Source: a virus
Taxonomy: Duplodnaviria > Caudoviricetes
Direction: 5' to 3' (one strand)
Virus record (IMG/VR): IMGVR_UViG_3300024297_000001
DNA: 64,000 nucleotides
In this document: one piece after another, positions 19,551-28,874 of the stretch
Layout of the letters: every line of letters starts with the position of its first letter
Position numbering within the stretch: the first letter of the stretch is position 1
Translations under genes and position numbers: made by a program
The notes under the pieces: model-generated
Seen by the model: only the letters and a program-made list of their open reading frames with translations
The model's database searches: none
What the model was told of the DNA's origin: nothing

Positions 19551-20847
19551 AACATTTTGTCCTTTACCTTGGATACATTTAGCAACAAGACCTAACGGCG
19601 ATGTTAGAGTTTGTTGTACTGCTAATGCATCAGGTGCAGGAGTTGAAGATGACAAGACAGCAGGACTTGTTAAGAAAGACGGAGTAAGCATGAACTTGCG
19701 TGAACACACTATTGAAGAAGTATGGAATAGTGAACACATGCGTCGAACAAGATTGCAAATGTTAAATGATGAGATACCAGCAAGTTGTCGTAAATGTTTT
19801 GCAGAAGAAAGCAAAGGTATTGTTAGCAAACGTCAATGGGAAACAGAAGTATGGAAACAACGTTTAGACATAGATAGTATTGTAGCAAAAACAGGAGAAC
19901 AAGGTGACTTACCTGTAAATGTTCCTTACTTTGATTTACGTTTAGGTAATGTATGTCAACTTAAATGTGTTATGTGTAGTCCACATGATTCAAGTAGTTG
20001 GATTAAGGAATGGAAACTAAATCATCCTAAGTATACAAACAAAGATTTAATTAACGATCAAAGTTGGAATGAAGACTTTGATTACACTTGGTATAAGAAA
20101 GGATCGTTTCTTGATTCTATGAAAGACCAAGCACAGCACATCAAAGAATTATATTTTGCAGGTGGCGAGCCTCTAATGATTCCTGAACACTATAACATAT
20201 TACAATTTATGGTTGATGAAGGACATGCTGAAAATTGTTGTATTAGATATAACAGTAATGGACTTGTATTGAAACCTGAACTGTTTGTGTTATGGCAACA
20301 CTTTAAAGAAGTAACATTTAACTTTAGTATTGATGCATATGGTGAAAAGAATGATTACATACGTCACCCAAGCAAATGGGCAGACATTGAAAAGAATATA
20401 AAAATACTTGATTCAAGTAATGCAAATATTAATATTAACATAGCGTCAGCAGTACAGATGTTTAATGTAGCACATCTTGATGAACTTGCTGAATGGAAAC
20501 TTGATCAAAAGTTTAGTAAAGTAAATGCACAAACACAAGGCGGTATGATTAGTACACACCTTGTATACTTTCCGTCTTACTTAAATGTACGAGTGTTACC
20601 AGAAGAGTATAAACAGTTTGCTAAAAAACGCATTGAAGCATTTATAGAAAGACAAAAATTTAACACACAATGGATTCAACACCCAATGGGCCAAGTACGT
20701 TGGGAAGGTTTAATAAAATATATGATGGAAGAAGACTGGTCAGCAAAGTTACCTCAAACACTTGATTACATAAGAGTACTTGATGAACAACGTGGATTAG
20801 ACTACACTAAAATATTTCCTGAACTTGGAGAGGCTTTATGCAAGTAG
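19543..20847 (+). CDS. Radical SAM protein with N-terminal twitch domain
   Basis: MSKTFCPLPW...NGDVRVCC...CRKC, then CQLKCVMC and AGGEP. Confidence 0.9.
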   Translation: MSKTFCPLPWIHLATRPNGDVRVCCTANASGAGVEDDKTAGLVKKDGVSMNLREHTIEEVWNSEHMRRTRLQMLNDEIPASCRKCFAEESKGIVSKRQWETEVWKQRLDIDSIVAKTGEQGDLPVNVPYFDLRLGNVCQLKCVMCSPHDSSSWIKEWKLNHPKYTNKDLINDQSWNEDFDYTWYKKGSFLDSMKDQAQHIKELYFAGGEPLMIPEHYNILQFMVDEGHAENCCIRYNSNGLVLKPELFVLWQHFKEVTFNFSIDAYGEKNDYIRHPSKWADIEKNIKILDSSNANININIASAVQMFNVAHLDELAEWKLDQKFSKVNAQTQGGMISTHLVYFPSYLNVRVLPEEYKQFAKKRIEAFIERQKFNTQWIQHPMGQVRWEGLIKYMMEEDWSAKLPQTLDYIRVLDEQRGLDYTKIFPELGEALCK

Positions 20848-21428
20848 GATTAACAGGACACAAAGCAGGAATTGGAAAAGCATTTTACGAATTATACAAA
20901 CATGATTATGTTTGGGTACTGCTTGACAGAAATGAAGAATGGGCATGTGATGTAAGAGATACTGGAAAAGCATTTGATCATTTACGTGATGTTGATATCT
21001 TTATTAACAATGTTTACTGTGAAAATACACAAAGTACACTGTTTGATATGTGGAGTGTGTTTAATCAAGACAAAGACAAGTTATGTGTAAACATAGGATC
21101 AGTTGTTGCAAATACTACAAATGATATTTTCTTTGAAGAAGATTATTACAAAAACAAATTAGAACTACACACAAAAACACATCAATGGAATAGTTTAAGA
21201 CCTGAGTGTAAAGCAAGTCTTGTTGTTCCTGCATTTTGTGATACAGACTTTGCAGGCAAAGATGTTTATAAAAGCAAAGAAGTATTAGAAGAACTAAGAA
21301 CAAAGTTTCATTATTTTAAAAAACAACACAAATTATTAAAACCAGAATCAGTTGCAAAAGTAATTAAGTTTATAATTGATGAATGGGAAAGTGGAAACCA
21401 TATCAATACATTAGAGATGAGAAATTGA
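20838..21428 (+). CDS. Short-chain dehydrogenase/reductase
   Basis: TGHKAGIG (TGxxxGxG), FINN, NIGS, YYKNK (YxxxK). Confidence 0.75.
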   Translation: MQVGLTGHKAGIGKAFYELYKHDYVWVLLDRNEEWACDVRDTGKAFDHLRDVDIFINNVYCENTQSTLFDMWSVFNQDKDKLCVNIGSVVANTTNDIFFEEDYYKNKLELHTKTHQWNSLRPECKASLVVPAFCDTDFAGKDVYKSKEVLEELRTKFHYFKKQHKLLKPESVAKVIKFIIDEWESGNHINTLEMRN

Positions 21429-22327
21429 AATTAGAATATGTAGACATAACGAAAAAAGATTGGTTCCTTGTTAGTTGGACTCTCAGCAACAAGTGTAACT
21501 ATCGTTGTGAATACTGTCCAGACATTTTACATAACGGAAGTACAGGACAACCTAAATGGGAAACTGTAAAAAACTTTGTTGAAAAATTAAAAGTACCTAA
21601 GACAATGTGTTACAGAATAAGTGGTGGAGAACCTACATACTGGAAACACTTTATTGATCTTGCAAAACTTGTAAAAAAACAAGGACACTATTTTAGTTTT
21701 GTCACAAACGGAAGTCAACGTGTAAAGTATTACAAAGAAATTAGTAATTACACAGACGGATTTATTATTTCGTATCATCCACAATACGCAGACGTAGAAC
21801 ATTTTATTGAAGTAGCAAACAGTGTTGACTGTCCCGTTGCTGTACACCTAATGATGGTACCAGAAAAATTTAATGAGTTAGAAAGCATTGCTAAACAGTT
21901 ATATGAAGGTAGTGATAATCTTACAGTTGAGCCTAAGGTGATCGTAGACAAAACAAGTCAAGAACACGTAACAAATGAAGTTACAGTTTACACACCAGAG
22001 CAAAAAGATTTGATCAATAACTGGAAGTACAAACGAGAGTTTGACTTTAGTAATTTACACCGCGGAGAGTTACTACTAAATAATTCAGTAGTTACTGCTA
22101 ACGAAATCCTACTGCAAGAAAAAAATATGTTTAGTGGTTGGAAATGTTGGGCAGGTATTGATGGAGTAAATGTAGATATGTGGGGTAACCTATATAGAGC
22201 AGATTGTCAATTCGGCGGTGCGTTAGGTAACCTTGAACGTTATAAATTACCCACTGAGCCAATAGTATGTGGTAAAAGTGTGTGTAGTTGTTTAAGTGAT
22301 ATATTCATTAGGAAGGAAGTTGGATGA
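21383..22327 (+). CDS. Radical SAM protein with C-terminal Cys cluster
   Basis: CNYRCEYC, SGGEP, GWKCWAG...C...CGKSVCSC. True start may be TTG 21425. Confidence 0.9.
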   Translation: MGKWKPYQYIRDEKLKLEYVDITKKDWFLVSWTLSNKCNYRCEYCPDILHNGSTGQPKWETVKNFVEKLKVPKTMCYRISGGEPTYWKHFIDLAKLVKKQGHYFSFVTNGSQRVKYYKEISNYTDGFIISYHPQYADVEHFIEVANSVDCPVAVHLMMVPEKFNELESIAKQLYEGSDNLTVEPKVIVDKTSQEHVTNEVTVYTPEQKDLINNWKYKREFDFSNLHRGELLLNNSVVTANEILLQEKNMFSGWKCWAGIDGVNVDMWGNLYRADCQFGGALGNLERYKLPTEPIVCGKSVCSCLSDIFIRKEVG

Positions 22328-22575
22328 CAAACGTAACACGCAAAGATGCATATAGAGTTTTTTGGTTAGTAAAAGGTCACTTTAATGCAACAGAAGATTG
22401 TATCTTTGATTGTTATGATAGTTATTTTAAAAGAGTTTGGTACATGGAAGAAACATATTTACATGAAGAAGGTTTTGAAGAAGCATACGCAAAGGTAACA
22501 AACACATATACTCAACGTGCTTGGGACAGAACAGTTGGTTATGGAACAGTGCCAGAGGAATACAAATGCGAATAG
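22324..22575 (+). CDS. Hypothetical protein (83 aa)
   Basis: ORF overlapping both neighbours. Confidence 0.55.
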   Translation: MTNVTRKDAYRVFWLVKGHFNATEDCIFDCYDSYFKRVWYMEETYLHEEGFEEAYAKVTNTYTQRAWDRTVGYGTVPEEYKCE

Positions 22576-23114
22576 TTGTAACAGGTAATCCTAAGTATGA
22601 AGGATTATGCTCAGGTATATGGGAAGCCTACAGTCGTAATCAAGTAGAATTTATTGGTAGATGGAATGACTGGGATCTTACAGATGCTGACGCAGTAGCA
22701 GAATACGTAAAAGATCATAATGTATTTGTAAACAGTCAATACGGTCCTAATGGCGAACAAGTAGAATTGTTACGTAAGGTATATGAAAAGTTTAATGGTG
22801 AACACATTATTAATATTTCAAGTACAACAAGTTATTGGGGTGACGGTTATAATCCAGGCGACTATCTTAAAAACAAAACTGAACTTGATGAATTAAGTAA
22901 GAAGTATTCACAGTACGGAACATTTGGTAGTAGCAAAATTCGTGTAAGCAATATTGCGTTTGGTCAACTTGCATCACAAACACAATTAGATAAAAGCACT
23001 AATAATAAAATTAGTTTACTTGAAGCAGGTAAACTTGTTAAATGGGTAATTGATAGTCCACGTAGTTACAACTTACACTATATGGCACTTGATCCTATAC
23101 AAAGAGATCTTTAA
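22566..23114 (+). CDS. Short-chain dehydrogenase/reductase-like protein
   Basis: MRIVVTGN, FVNS, IINISS, YLKNK (YxxxK); paralog of 20838. Confidence 0.65.
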   Translation: MRIVVTGNPKYEGLCSGIWEAYSRNQVEFIGRWNDWDLTDADAVAEYVKDHNVFVNSQYGPNGEQVELLRKVYEKFNGEHIINISSTTSYWGDGYNPGDYLKNKTELDELSKKYSQYGTFGSSKIRVSNIAFGQLASQTQLDKSTNNKISLLEAGKLVKWVIDSPRSYNLHYMALDPIQRDL

Positions 23115-24213
23115 GTTCCGGACAAAAATTTAAAACACTTGTATCTCTAATCTTATCTAAATCCTTAGTATAGTTTACAAACATATCTAATAGTTTACTA
23201 TTGTTTTGTTCGTATGTTATGTTAGGCAACTTATGTTTAATGTTGTGTAATATTTCATTAGGCAATACACGTGGATTCAAATAGGCAGGTTGTGCTACAA
23301 CATTATTAAAGTATATACTCCAATTATCTTTTTTGTTAGCATCAAACCAATCTTGTATTTTATCCAAGTGTGAAATGTTATATGCCATTACAGTTACAGC
23401 AATAATAATTCTATCAAAGTCATATTGTTTTAAATTATCATTTAGTTGTTCAAACGTAAAGTTCTTTCCACCTCTAATGTATTCATACAATCCATCAGTA
23501 CCTTCAACACTTACAGTCCATTTAGTTTCGCCATAATGTCTTGCAAGTTCTTGTACTTCCTCATCAACGATCGTACCATTCGTAGTCCAGTCAAGTGTAA
23601 CATTTTTTGCAACTCCTAAGTCTATAAACTTCTGCAATATCTTTTTGTTTGCAGGTTCCATATAAGGCTCTCCGCCTTTAATACTAAGATAACGTAACCC
23701 CATAAACGGAGTAGGATCTTCAAATAGTCTTTGTATTATTTGTTCACTTTTATTAACATATCCAAACTCTGGATTGTCAATTCTTCTATGATATGGGTTA
23801 CCATTTTTTGCAAGTTTCAATTCGTCCTTGACCCAAGCACTTGAATTGATTCCATCGCACATACGGCATTTCAAATTACAAATATTACTCATATTGAACT
23901 CCAAAAATTTGATATCGTGGAAGTTTTTTGAGTAATCATTATTGGATCCTTCAAGCATAGGATTCAAAATATCACGGAAGAATAATCTTCGGCTATGACC
24001 TACTGTAGCCTCTTTTAAAGCACATTGTTGGCACTCGGGCGGTAACACTCCATTACGGATACTATCCTTTGTGTATGACGCTGTAAATGCGTTTAAGACG
24101 GTGTTTAAGGGCTCTTGTAGCACGTTTCCGTAGCGGTTTGTGTACACACCATCGGGTACAATATCGCCGTTAAAACGTACCAAAATACTATGCCAAGGTG
24201 CGTAACATTTCAT
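23095..24213 (-). CDS. Radical SAM protein with N-terminal twitch domain
   Basis: MKCYAPW...NGDIVP...CQQC, then CNLKCRMC and KGGEP. Confidence 0.9.
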   Translation of the reverse strand: MKCYAPWHSILVRFNGDIVPDGVYTNRYGNVLQEPLNTVLNAFTASYTKDSIRNGVLPPECQQCALKEATVGHSRRLFFRDILNPMLEGSNNDYSKNFHDIKFLEFNMSNICNLKCRMCDGINSSAWVKDELKLAKNGNPYHRRIDNPEFGYVNKSEQIIQRLFEDPTPFMGLRYLSIKGGEPYMEPANKKILQKFIDLGVAKNVTLDWTTNGTIVDEEVQELARHYGETKWTVSVEGTDGLYEYIRGGKNFTFEQLNDNLKQYDFDRIIIAVTVMAYNISHLDKIQDWFDANKKDNWSIYFNNVVAQPAYLNPRVLPNEILHNIKHKLPNITYEQNNSKLLDMFVNYTKDLDKIRDTSVLNFCPELKDLFV

Positions 24214-24652
24214 CGAATTTCTCTCCAAAAGCAGACCTTAAATCGCTTTCCAATTTATCAAAAACCACATTGGGTTGATACACACCTACATTGTCCCAAT
24301 CAATTAATTCATAGGAATCACCCTGTACAATAATGTTACTGAGTACCCAATCTCCGTGTGCAAATGGTTGTGTTTCATTTATGTTCTGTAAACAAAAGTC
24401 GTATATGCTTTTTACAAATTCAGATGTGTGCGGTAGTGTGTTTGCTACAGTGCCTTCGATAATTTTAGTATCAATAAACATTCTGCCACCTTCAACACCA
24501 TGATTAATAATGTAACCAGGACGCACTTCTTCCATTATATCAATATGGTCGTCAAGCCATTCTTGATTTGTAAAGTCCCATTGCTTACGATAAAAGTTTG
24601 CACCTTTGTAAACACGTCTTAGTTTTTCTTTATTTTCCTTTATTAATTCCAT
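24188..24652 (-). CDS. Minimal APH/choline-kinase-like phosphotransferase
   Basis: AHGDWVLSNII (Brenner HGDxxxxN motif) and LIDWD (metal-binding DxD/DFG equivalent). Confidence 0.7.
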   Translation of the reverse strand: MELIKENKEKLRRVYKGANFYRKQWDFTNQEWLDDHIDIMEEVRPGYIINHGVEGGRMFIDTKIIEGTVANTLPHTSEFVKSIYDFCLQNINETQPFAHGDWVLSNIIVQGDSYELIDWDNVGVYQPNVVFDKLESDLRSAFGEKFDEMLRTLA

Positions 24653-25682
24653 ATGCTTCTGCAACTTCAGGAATGTAATCCTGTATGTGGCATCCTCTTA
24701 ATTTATCAAATGTTTTTATCCAATGTAAAAATGCATTTTGTTGTACTTGATCTGGTTCTTGGTTTACCCAATACTTAAATTTTTCTGGCGAAAACTTTTT
24801 AATTGTATCAGGTGCATTCTTTGAATCAAAGTATGTAGGATGAAAAAGTAAATTATCAAACACATCAAAGTCATTTGTTTTTGCCCATGCAACAATATCA
24901 TTGTAATTATGTAAGTTCATTATTTGTATAGTTGGACCTACACTTTTATATTTTACAAATTCTGCCCAACGTAACATATTTGTTTCTACAGTTTTCCAAT
25001 CACTTCCCCAACGTATGTAATCATTTACTTTACCTATACCGTCAATACTAAAACACATATTAACAGTATCGAAACGTTTTAGTTCTTCATATACATTAGG
25101 ATTAATAATTGTAGCATTAGTATTAAATCTTATTTCAACACTGTTATCTAACTTCTTAAGAAACTTATGTAAGCCTCTTACCATCATAGGTTCGCCACCT
25201 GTTAAGTACACTTCTCTAAGTTCAGGTAAACTTGCAAGGTAATCTCCACGTTCTTCTGTGTACCAATCGTAATTAGGAAACTGTTCATTACCCCAAGGCG
25301 ATTCCATACCTTTTGCAATTAGTTCTTTATGATCCTGATTAACACCGCTTGATGTTGCAGGGTAACACATAGTACACTTTAAATTACAGTTACTACCAAA
25401 ACGTAAATCAAGATGACTTACACCAGGCCCGTATGGTCTTGGTTTTGTACGTTGACTACCTTCACCGGACGCTTCTTGTATTTCGCATTTTTTACAAGCC
25501 TCTGGGAATTCATTATTATCAAACTTTTGAACTGCGTCTTTAAACACTTTACTTTCACGCCATTCTTCTATAGTGTGTGTTTGAATGTTTTCTTTGTTTG
25601 TAGGTTCGTTACTAATACAACACAGACGAAACTCGCCAGAAGTTCTAATGCAAACTTGATGATCTAAATATTTACACTTCAC
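24630..25682 (-). CDS. Radical SAM protein with N-terminal twitch domain
   Basis: KCKYLD...SGEFRLCC...CKKC, then CNLKCTMC and TGGEP. Confidence 0.9.
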   Translation of the reverse strand: MKCKYLDHQVCIRTSGEFRLCCISNEPTNKENIQTHTIEEWRESKVFKDAVQKFDNNEFPEACKKCEIQEASGEGSQRTKPRPYGPGVSHLDLRFGSNCNLKCTMCYPATSSGVNQDHKELIAKGMESPWGNEQFPNYDWYTEERGDYLASLPELREVYLTGGEPMMVRGLHKFLKKLDNSVEIRFNTNATIINPNVYEELKRFDTVNMCFSIDGIGKVNDYIRWGSDWKTVETNMLRWAEFVKYKSVGPTIQIMNLHNYNDIVAWAKTNDFDVFDNLLFHPTYFDSKNAPDTIKKFSPEKFKYWVNQEPDQVQQNAFLHWIKTFDKLRGCHIQDYIPEVAEAYGINKGK

Positions 25683-26658
25683 CGCAAGTTACCTCACATA
25701 TTTTAAATCTATTGTCACTTGGATGATTTAGTATATCGCTTTCAAGTATTTCTTCTAATGGCATATTATTAACATTAGGCCATTCTACACTGTTACATTC
25801 TTTTGCATAAGGACTATCAGGATTTTTAGCATAACGATCACTTAACAAATAGCAACAAGGAAACACTTCGCCTGTATGACTTATTTGTATTTTTTGTTTT
25901 TTCTTCCACTTACAAGTTATACAACCTTTATCAAATCCTTTTTCAATCAAACCTTTTACACGTTTTACATTATCTAACTTACTTGTATCATATGCAATGG
26001 TACGTGCTTGTTCTTTTTTAGTTGCTTTAAAAGTTTCTACTGCTTCATTAATAACACTATCAATAGCAGTAAAAGTATAACCACCATTAATGTCAAAAAC
26101 TTTGAAACCCATGTCTTTGCTTAATTCTTCTGCTTGTTCTATTTGATGTTTGTTATGTTCAAACACAAGCATACGCCAACGTGCAATACCACCTGAGTCT
26201 ATAAATGCTTTTGCATTTTCCATAACACTTTTCCATACCACATGTCGTCTATATAAATGATTAGTATCTTCCAATCCGTCTATGCTAAAGGTAATAATTG
26301 CTTGAGGGAAGCCACTTAAAATTTGTGCTAACATTCTATATAAATTAGGTTTACCTATACCACCATTAGTGTGTATCATAATTTTACATTTTAATTTTTT
26401 TCTTGCATACTCTAATGCAAAAGGTAAATTAGGATTCATAATAGGATCGCCATAAGATCCATTAAAAATTATTTCATCAATTCCTTTAGCATTGTCAACA
26501 ATGTTCTTCCAAGTGTCCATATCCATATGACCAAGAGGCATGTTAGGATTGACTTTTACTCCGTCAATATTCCGTGAGCAGTTACCGCACATAGCATTAC
26601 AATGGCTCGTGAAGTCTACTACAAGTGTCTTTAAGTCCTTTTTTCGTACGAATGGCAT
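25672..26658 (-). CDS. Radical SAM protein with C-terminal twitch/SPASM domain
   Basis: CNAMCGNC, FSIDGLEDTNHLYR, C...ISHTGEVFPCC...CEVTC. Start placed at ATG 26658. Confidence 0.9.
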   Translation of the reverse strand: MPFVRKKDLKTLVVDFTSHCNAMCGNCSRNIDGVKVNPNMPLGHMDMDTWKNIVDNAKGIDEIIFNGSYGDPIMNPNLPFALEYARKKLKCKIMIHTNGGIGKPNLYRMLAQILSGFPQAIITFSIDGLEDTNHLYRRHVVWKSVMENAKAFIDSGGIARWRMLVFEHNKHQIEQAEELSKDMGFKVFDINGGYTFTAIDSVINEAVETFKATKKEQARTIAYDTSKLDNVKRVKGLIEKGFDKGCITCKWKKKQKIQISHTGEVFPCCYLLSDRYAKNPDSPYAKECNSVEWPNVNNMPLEEILESDILNHPSDNRFKICEVTCGEV

Positions 26659-26663
26659 CATAG

Positions 26664-26671
26664 TATTTACC
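26664..26671 (-). promoter_or_regulatory. Late-type box GGTAAATA, 5 nt before ATG 26658
   Basis: Minus strand reads GGTAAATA-CTATG-ATG; one half of a divergent pair. Confidence 0.55.
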
Positions 26672-26703
26672 GCCAAAAAAGTAGCACTTAATGAACCCTG
26701 GCA

Positions 26704-26711
26704 GGTAAATA
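26704..26711 (+). promoter_or_regulatory. Late-type box GGTAAATA, 5 nt before ATG 26717
   Basis: GGTAAATA-TGAGT-ATG; divergent partner of 26664-26671. Confidence 0.55.
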
Positions 26712-26716
26712 TGAGT

Positions 26717-27433
26717 ATGCAGGAATTAGAAAAATACCATAGCGAACATGGCATCCTGAAGCAAGAATTATACCCAGATACATTTGATCCGAAGTGGTTA
26801 GTAATGGAAAGCGGTTGGGGTTATTTTCATCTTAGTGCTTTAGATAACCAACCATGGAAAGAAATGCACAAAGAAGCAGAAGCACTTGCTGATAAGTTTC
26901 ATAGTCATAGAGAAGATAGTTATGGCAAAGGTTGGAAGAGTCTAACACTACATGGACTAAATGAAGATACACAAAGTTTAAATCAATATGGCGATAGAGA
27001 TAAAGTTCTTGAAGAATTAGATTGGACTTGGGTAGCAGACGAATGTCCTGTTACTAAAAAGTTTTTAACAACAGTATGGCCTGCAGAGTTTTTAAATCGT
27101 GTAAGGTTTATGTTACTTGAACCAGGCGGTTACATACTACCACATCAAGATCGTAAAGACGAAGAAAAGCGTTTGAGTGTTTGTAACATCAGTCTAAACA
27201 ATCCAGAAGAATGTCAATTTGTTTACAAAGACAAAGGCATTGTTCCTTTCAAAGACGAAGGTAGTGCGTTCTTAATGGATATTAGTAACGTACACAGTGT
27301 TTGGAATCGTAGCGACAAACCAAGAATACATATGATTATACATTACGAACTTGGTAGACGTACAAGAGATATGTTTTATACATTAAGGGAAAGTTTCTAC
27401 ACTAATAGGAGAACACTTGATGGATTGGAATAG
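26717..27433 (+). CDS. 2OG-Fe(II) oxygenase (Asp/Asn beta-hydroxylase-like)
   Basis: GWKSLTLHG, LLEPGGYILPHQD (HxD), SNVHSVWN...RIHMI. Confidence 0.8.
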   Translation: MQELEKYHSEHGILKQELYPDTFDPKWLVMESGWGYFHLSALDNQPWKEMHKEAEALADKFHSHREDSYGKGWKSLTLHGLNEDTQSLNQYGDRDKVLEELDWTWVADECPVTKKFLTTVWPAEFLNRVRFMLLEPGGYILPHQDRKDEEKRLSVCNISLNNPEECQFVYKDKGIVPFKDEGSAFLMDISNVHSVWNRSDKPRIHMIIHYELGRRTRDMFYTLRESFYTNRRTLDGLE

Positions 27434-28874
27434 TCTTACAGTTGATCGTTATTACGAAGATCTAAATTCTAATAACGAAGTTGGTGTAGGTATATTAGAC
27501 ATCACACGAGATATCGATAACGAATTTGTTGCCAAACGTACATTCGATATGACTTACTTCTACATTAACAGAATGATTAAAATGAACTTATGTTCATATG
27601 TAGGACGACATAAGACTGTAAAAGAAATATTAGAAAATGCAATTATAGAAGGTAAGAAATATTGCATGGTGGCATGCCAAGGATTACTATTATATAGAGG
27701 TCCAAGTTTAGTGCAGAAAAGTGTTGCATACGCAGAAAACAATCCGCAGTTTTTTGTTATAGGACATATTATGGACAAGCAAGGCCAACATCATTATCTA
27801 ACCAAAGGTGCTTATCCTGGATTACATAGACAATACTTGTTTGTAAATTTAAACAAATGGGTTGAATTAGGACAACCAGAGTTTGATGAACTTGGTGTGT
27901 TTACTGACCGACCAAGAAACTACCGCAATGTAGAATACAGTGAAGAAAAGGTTCACAGTGAATATACACCTAAGTGGGTAAAAGGTGCAGAAGGTTATAT
28001 GCAGAGTACTATTACTGCTGATGGAAGTAACTGGATACATCTTGCCGCAGAAAATGATATTACTATTGACAATCTTGATAACGATATGCGAGAATGTAAA
28101 GTATTTTTATATCCTTACAACAAGCCAGACATACTTGAAAAGGTATGGTTAGATAAAACTAATGACAAACTTGTTGATCAATTAAACTACAGTCAACGTG
28201 CATGGATACGTAAATTAGGATATCAAGAAGAAATAGAAAAGAACAGAGTGTATGCTTTTAACACAGAAAGATTAAGTGGAGAAGGTGTACGTACAAGTAC
28301 TTTTATAGATCATTTCTTTAGTGCGGCCGCAGGATTTAAACCACTTGCAATATTAAATGCAAACGGCTTTCATGAAGGTACTACAGTACATTACTTTGAT
28401 TGGTGCGAAGCAAGTTTAAACTATAAGAAGCATTTATTAGAAACTTGGGACGGTTATGATTTGGATAAATGGCTCTTAGAAAACGATTTACAGTATAATT
28501 TCAGTAGCACTTACCGTGCCAACTATAAACAATTCTGGGAACAAGAACTAAAAGAGTTCGGTGGAAACCTTGCTTTTCAAAGATTATGGTCAAGGTATAG
28601 AGATTTAAAACATGAGTTTCATGTAATTGATATTGTACAAGACAGTGATAAACTGTTTGATATAATAGATAATGTACACGGAACAAAAGTATTATGGACT
28701 ACAAACATATGGTCAAGCGAAATGCTACAATGGAATATAGAACCAGAAGAACTTGAAAAGCATTACACAAAATTTAAAAGCAGAGTAAAAAATCTCGTAG
28801 TATACGGACACGATTACTGCGGTATTGATTTAAACGATAGTGTCAAAGGAAACTATACACATGTCAAATTTTAG
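27420..28874 (+). CDS. Hypothetical two-domain protein (possible GT-A-like N-terminus, SAM-binding-like C-terminus)
   Basis: 484-aa ORF; C-terminal SAAAGFKP...VHYFDWCEASL loosely resembles a degenerate Rossmann SAM site. Confidence 0.5.
   Translation: MDWNSLTVDRYYEDLNSNNEVGVGILDITRDIDNEFVAKRTFDMTYFYINRMIKMNLCSYVGRHKTVKEILENAIIEGKKYCMVACQGLLLYRGPSLVQKSVAYAENNPQFFVIGHIMDKQGQHHYLTKGAYPGLHRQYLFVNLNKWVELGQPEFDELGVFTDRPRNYRNVEYSEEKVHSEYTPKWVKGAEGYMQSTITADGSNWIHLAAENDITIDNLDNDMRECKVFLYPYNKPDILEKVWLDKTNDKLVDQLNYSQRAWIRKLGYQEEIEKNRVYAFNTERLSGEGVRTSTFIDHFFSAAAGFKPLAILNANGFHEGTTVHYFDWCEASLNYKKHLLETWDGYDLDKWLLENDLQYNFSSTYRANYKQFWEQELKEFGGNLAFQRLWSRYRDLKHEFHVIDIVQDSDKLFDIIDNVHGTKVLWTTNIWSSEMLQWNIEPEELEKHYTKFKSRVKNLVVYGHDYCGIDLNDSVKGNYTHVKF

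Noticed and set aside
26540-26754. Long N-terminal extensions of 26540..27433 and 25672..26754 overlapping head-to-head
   Set aside because: Both extensions run across the divergent promoter pair; starts at 26717 and 26658 fit the N5 late-box spacing and remove the overlap.
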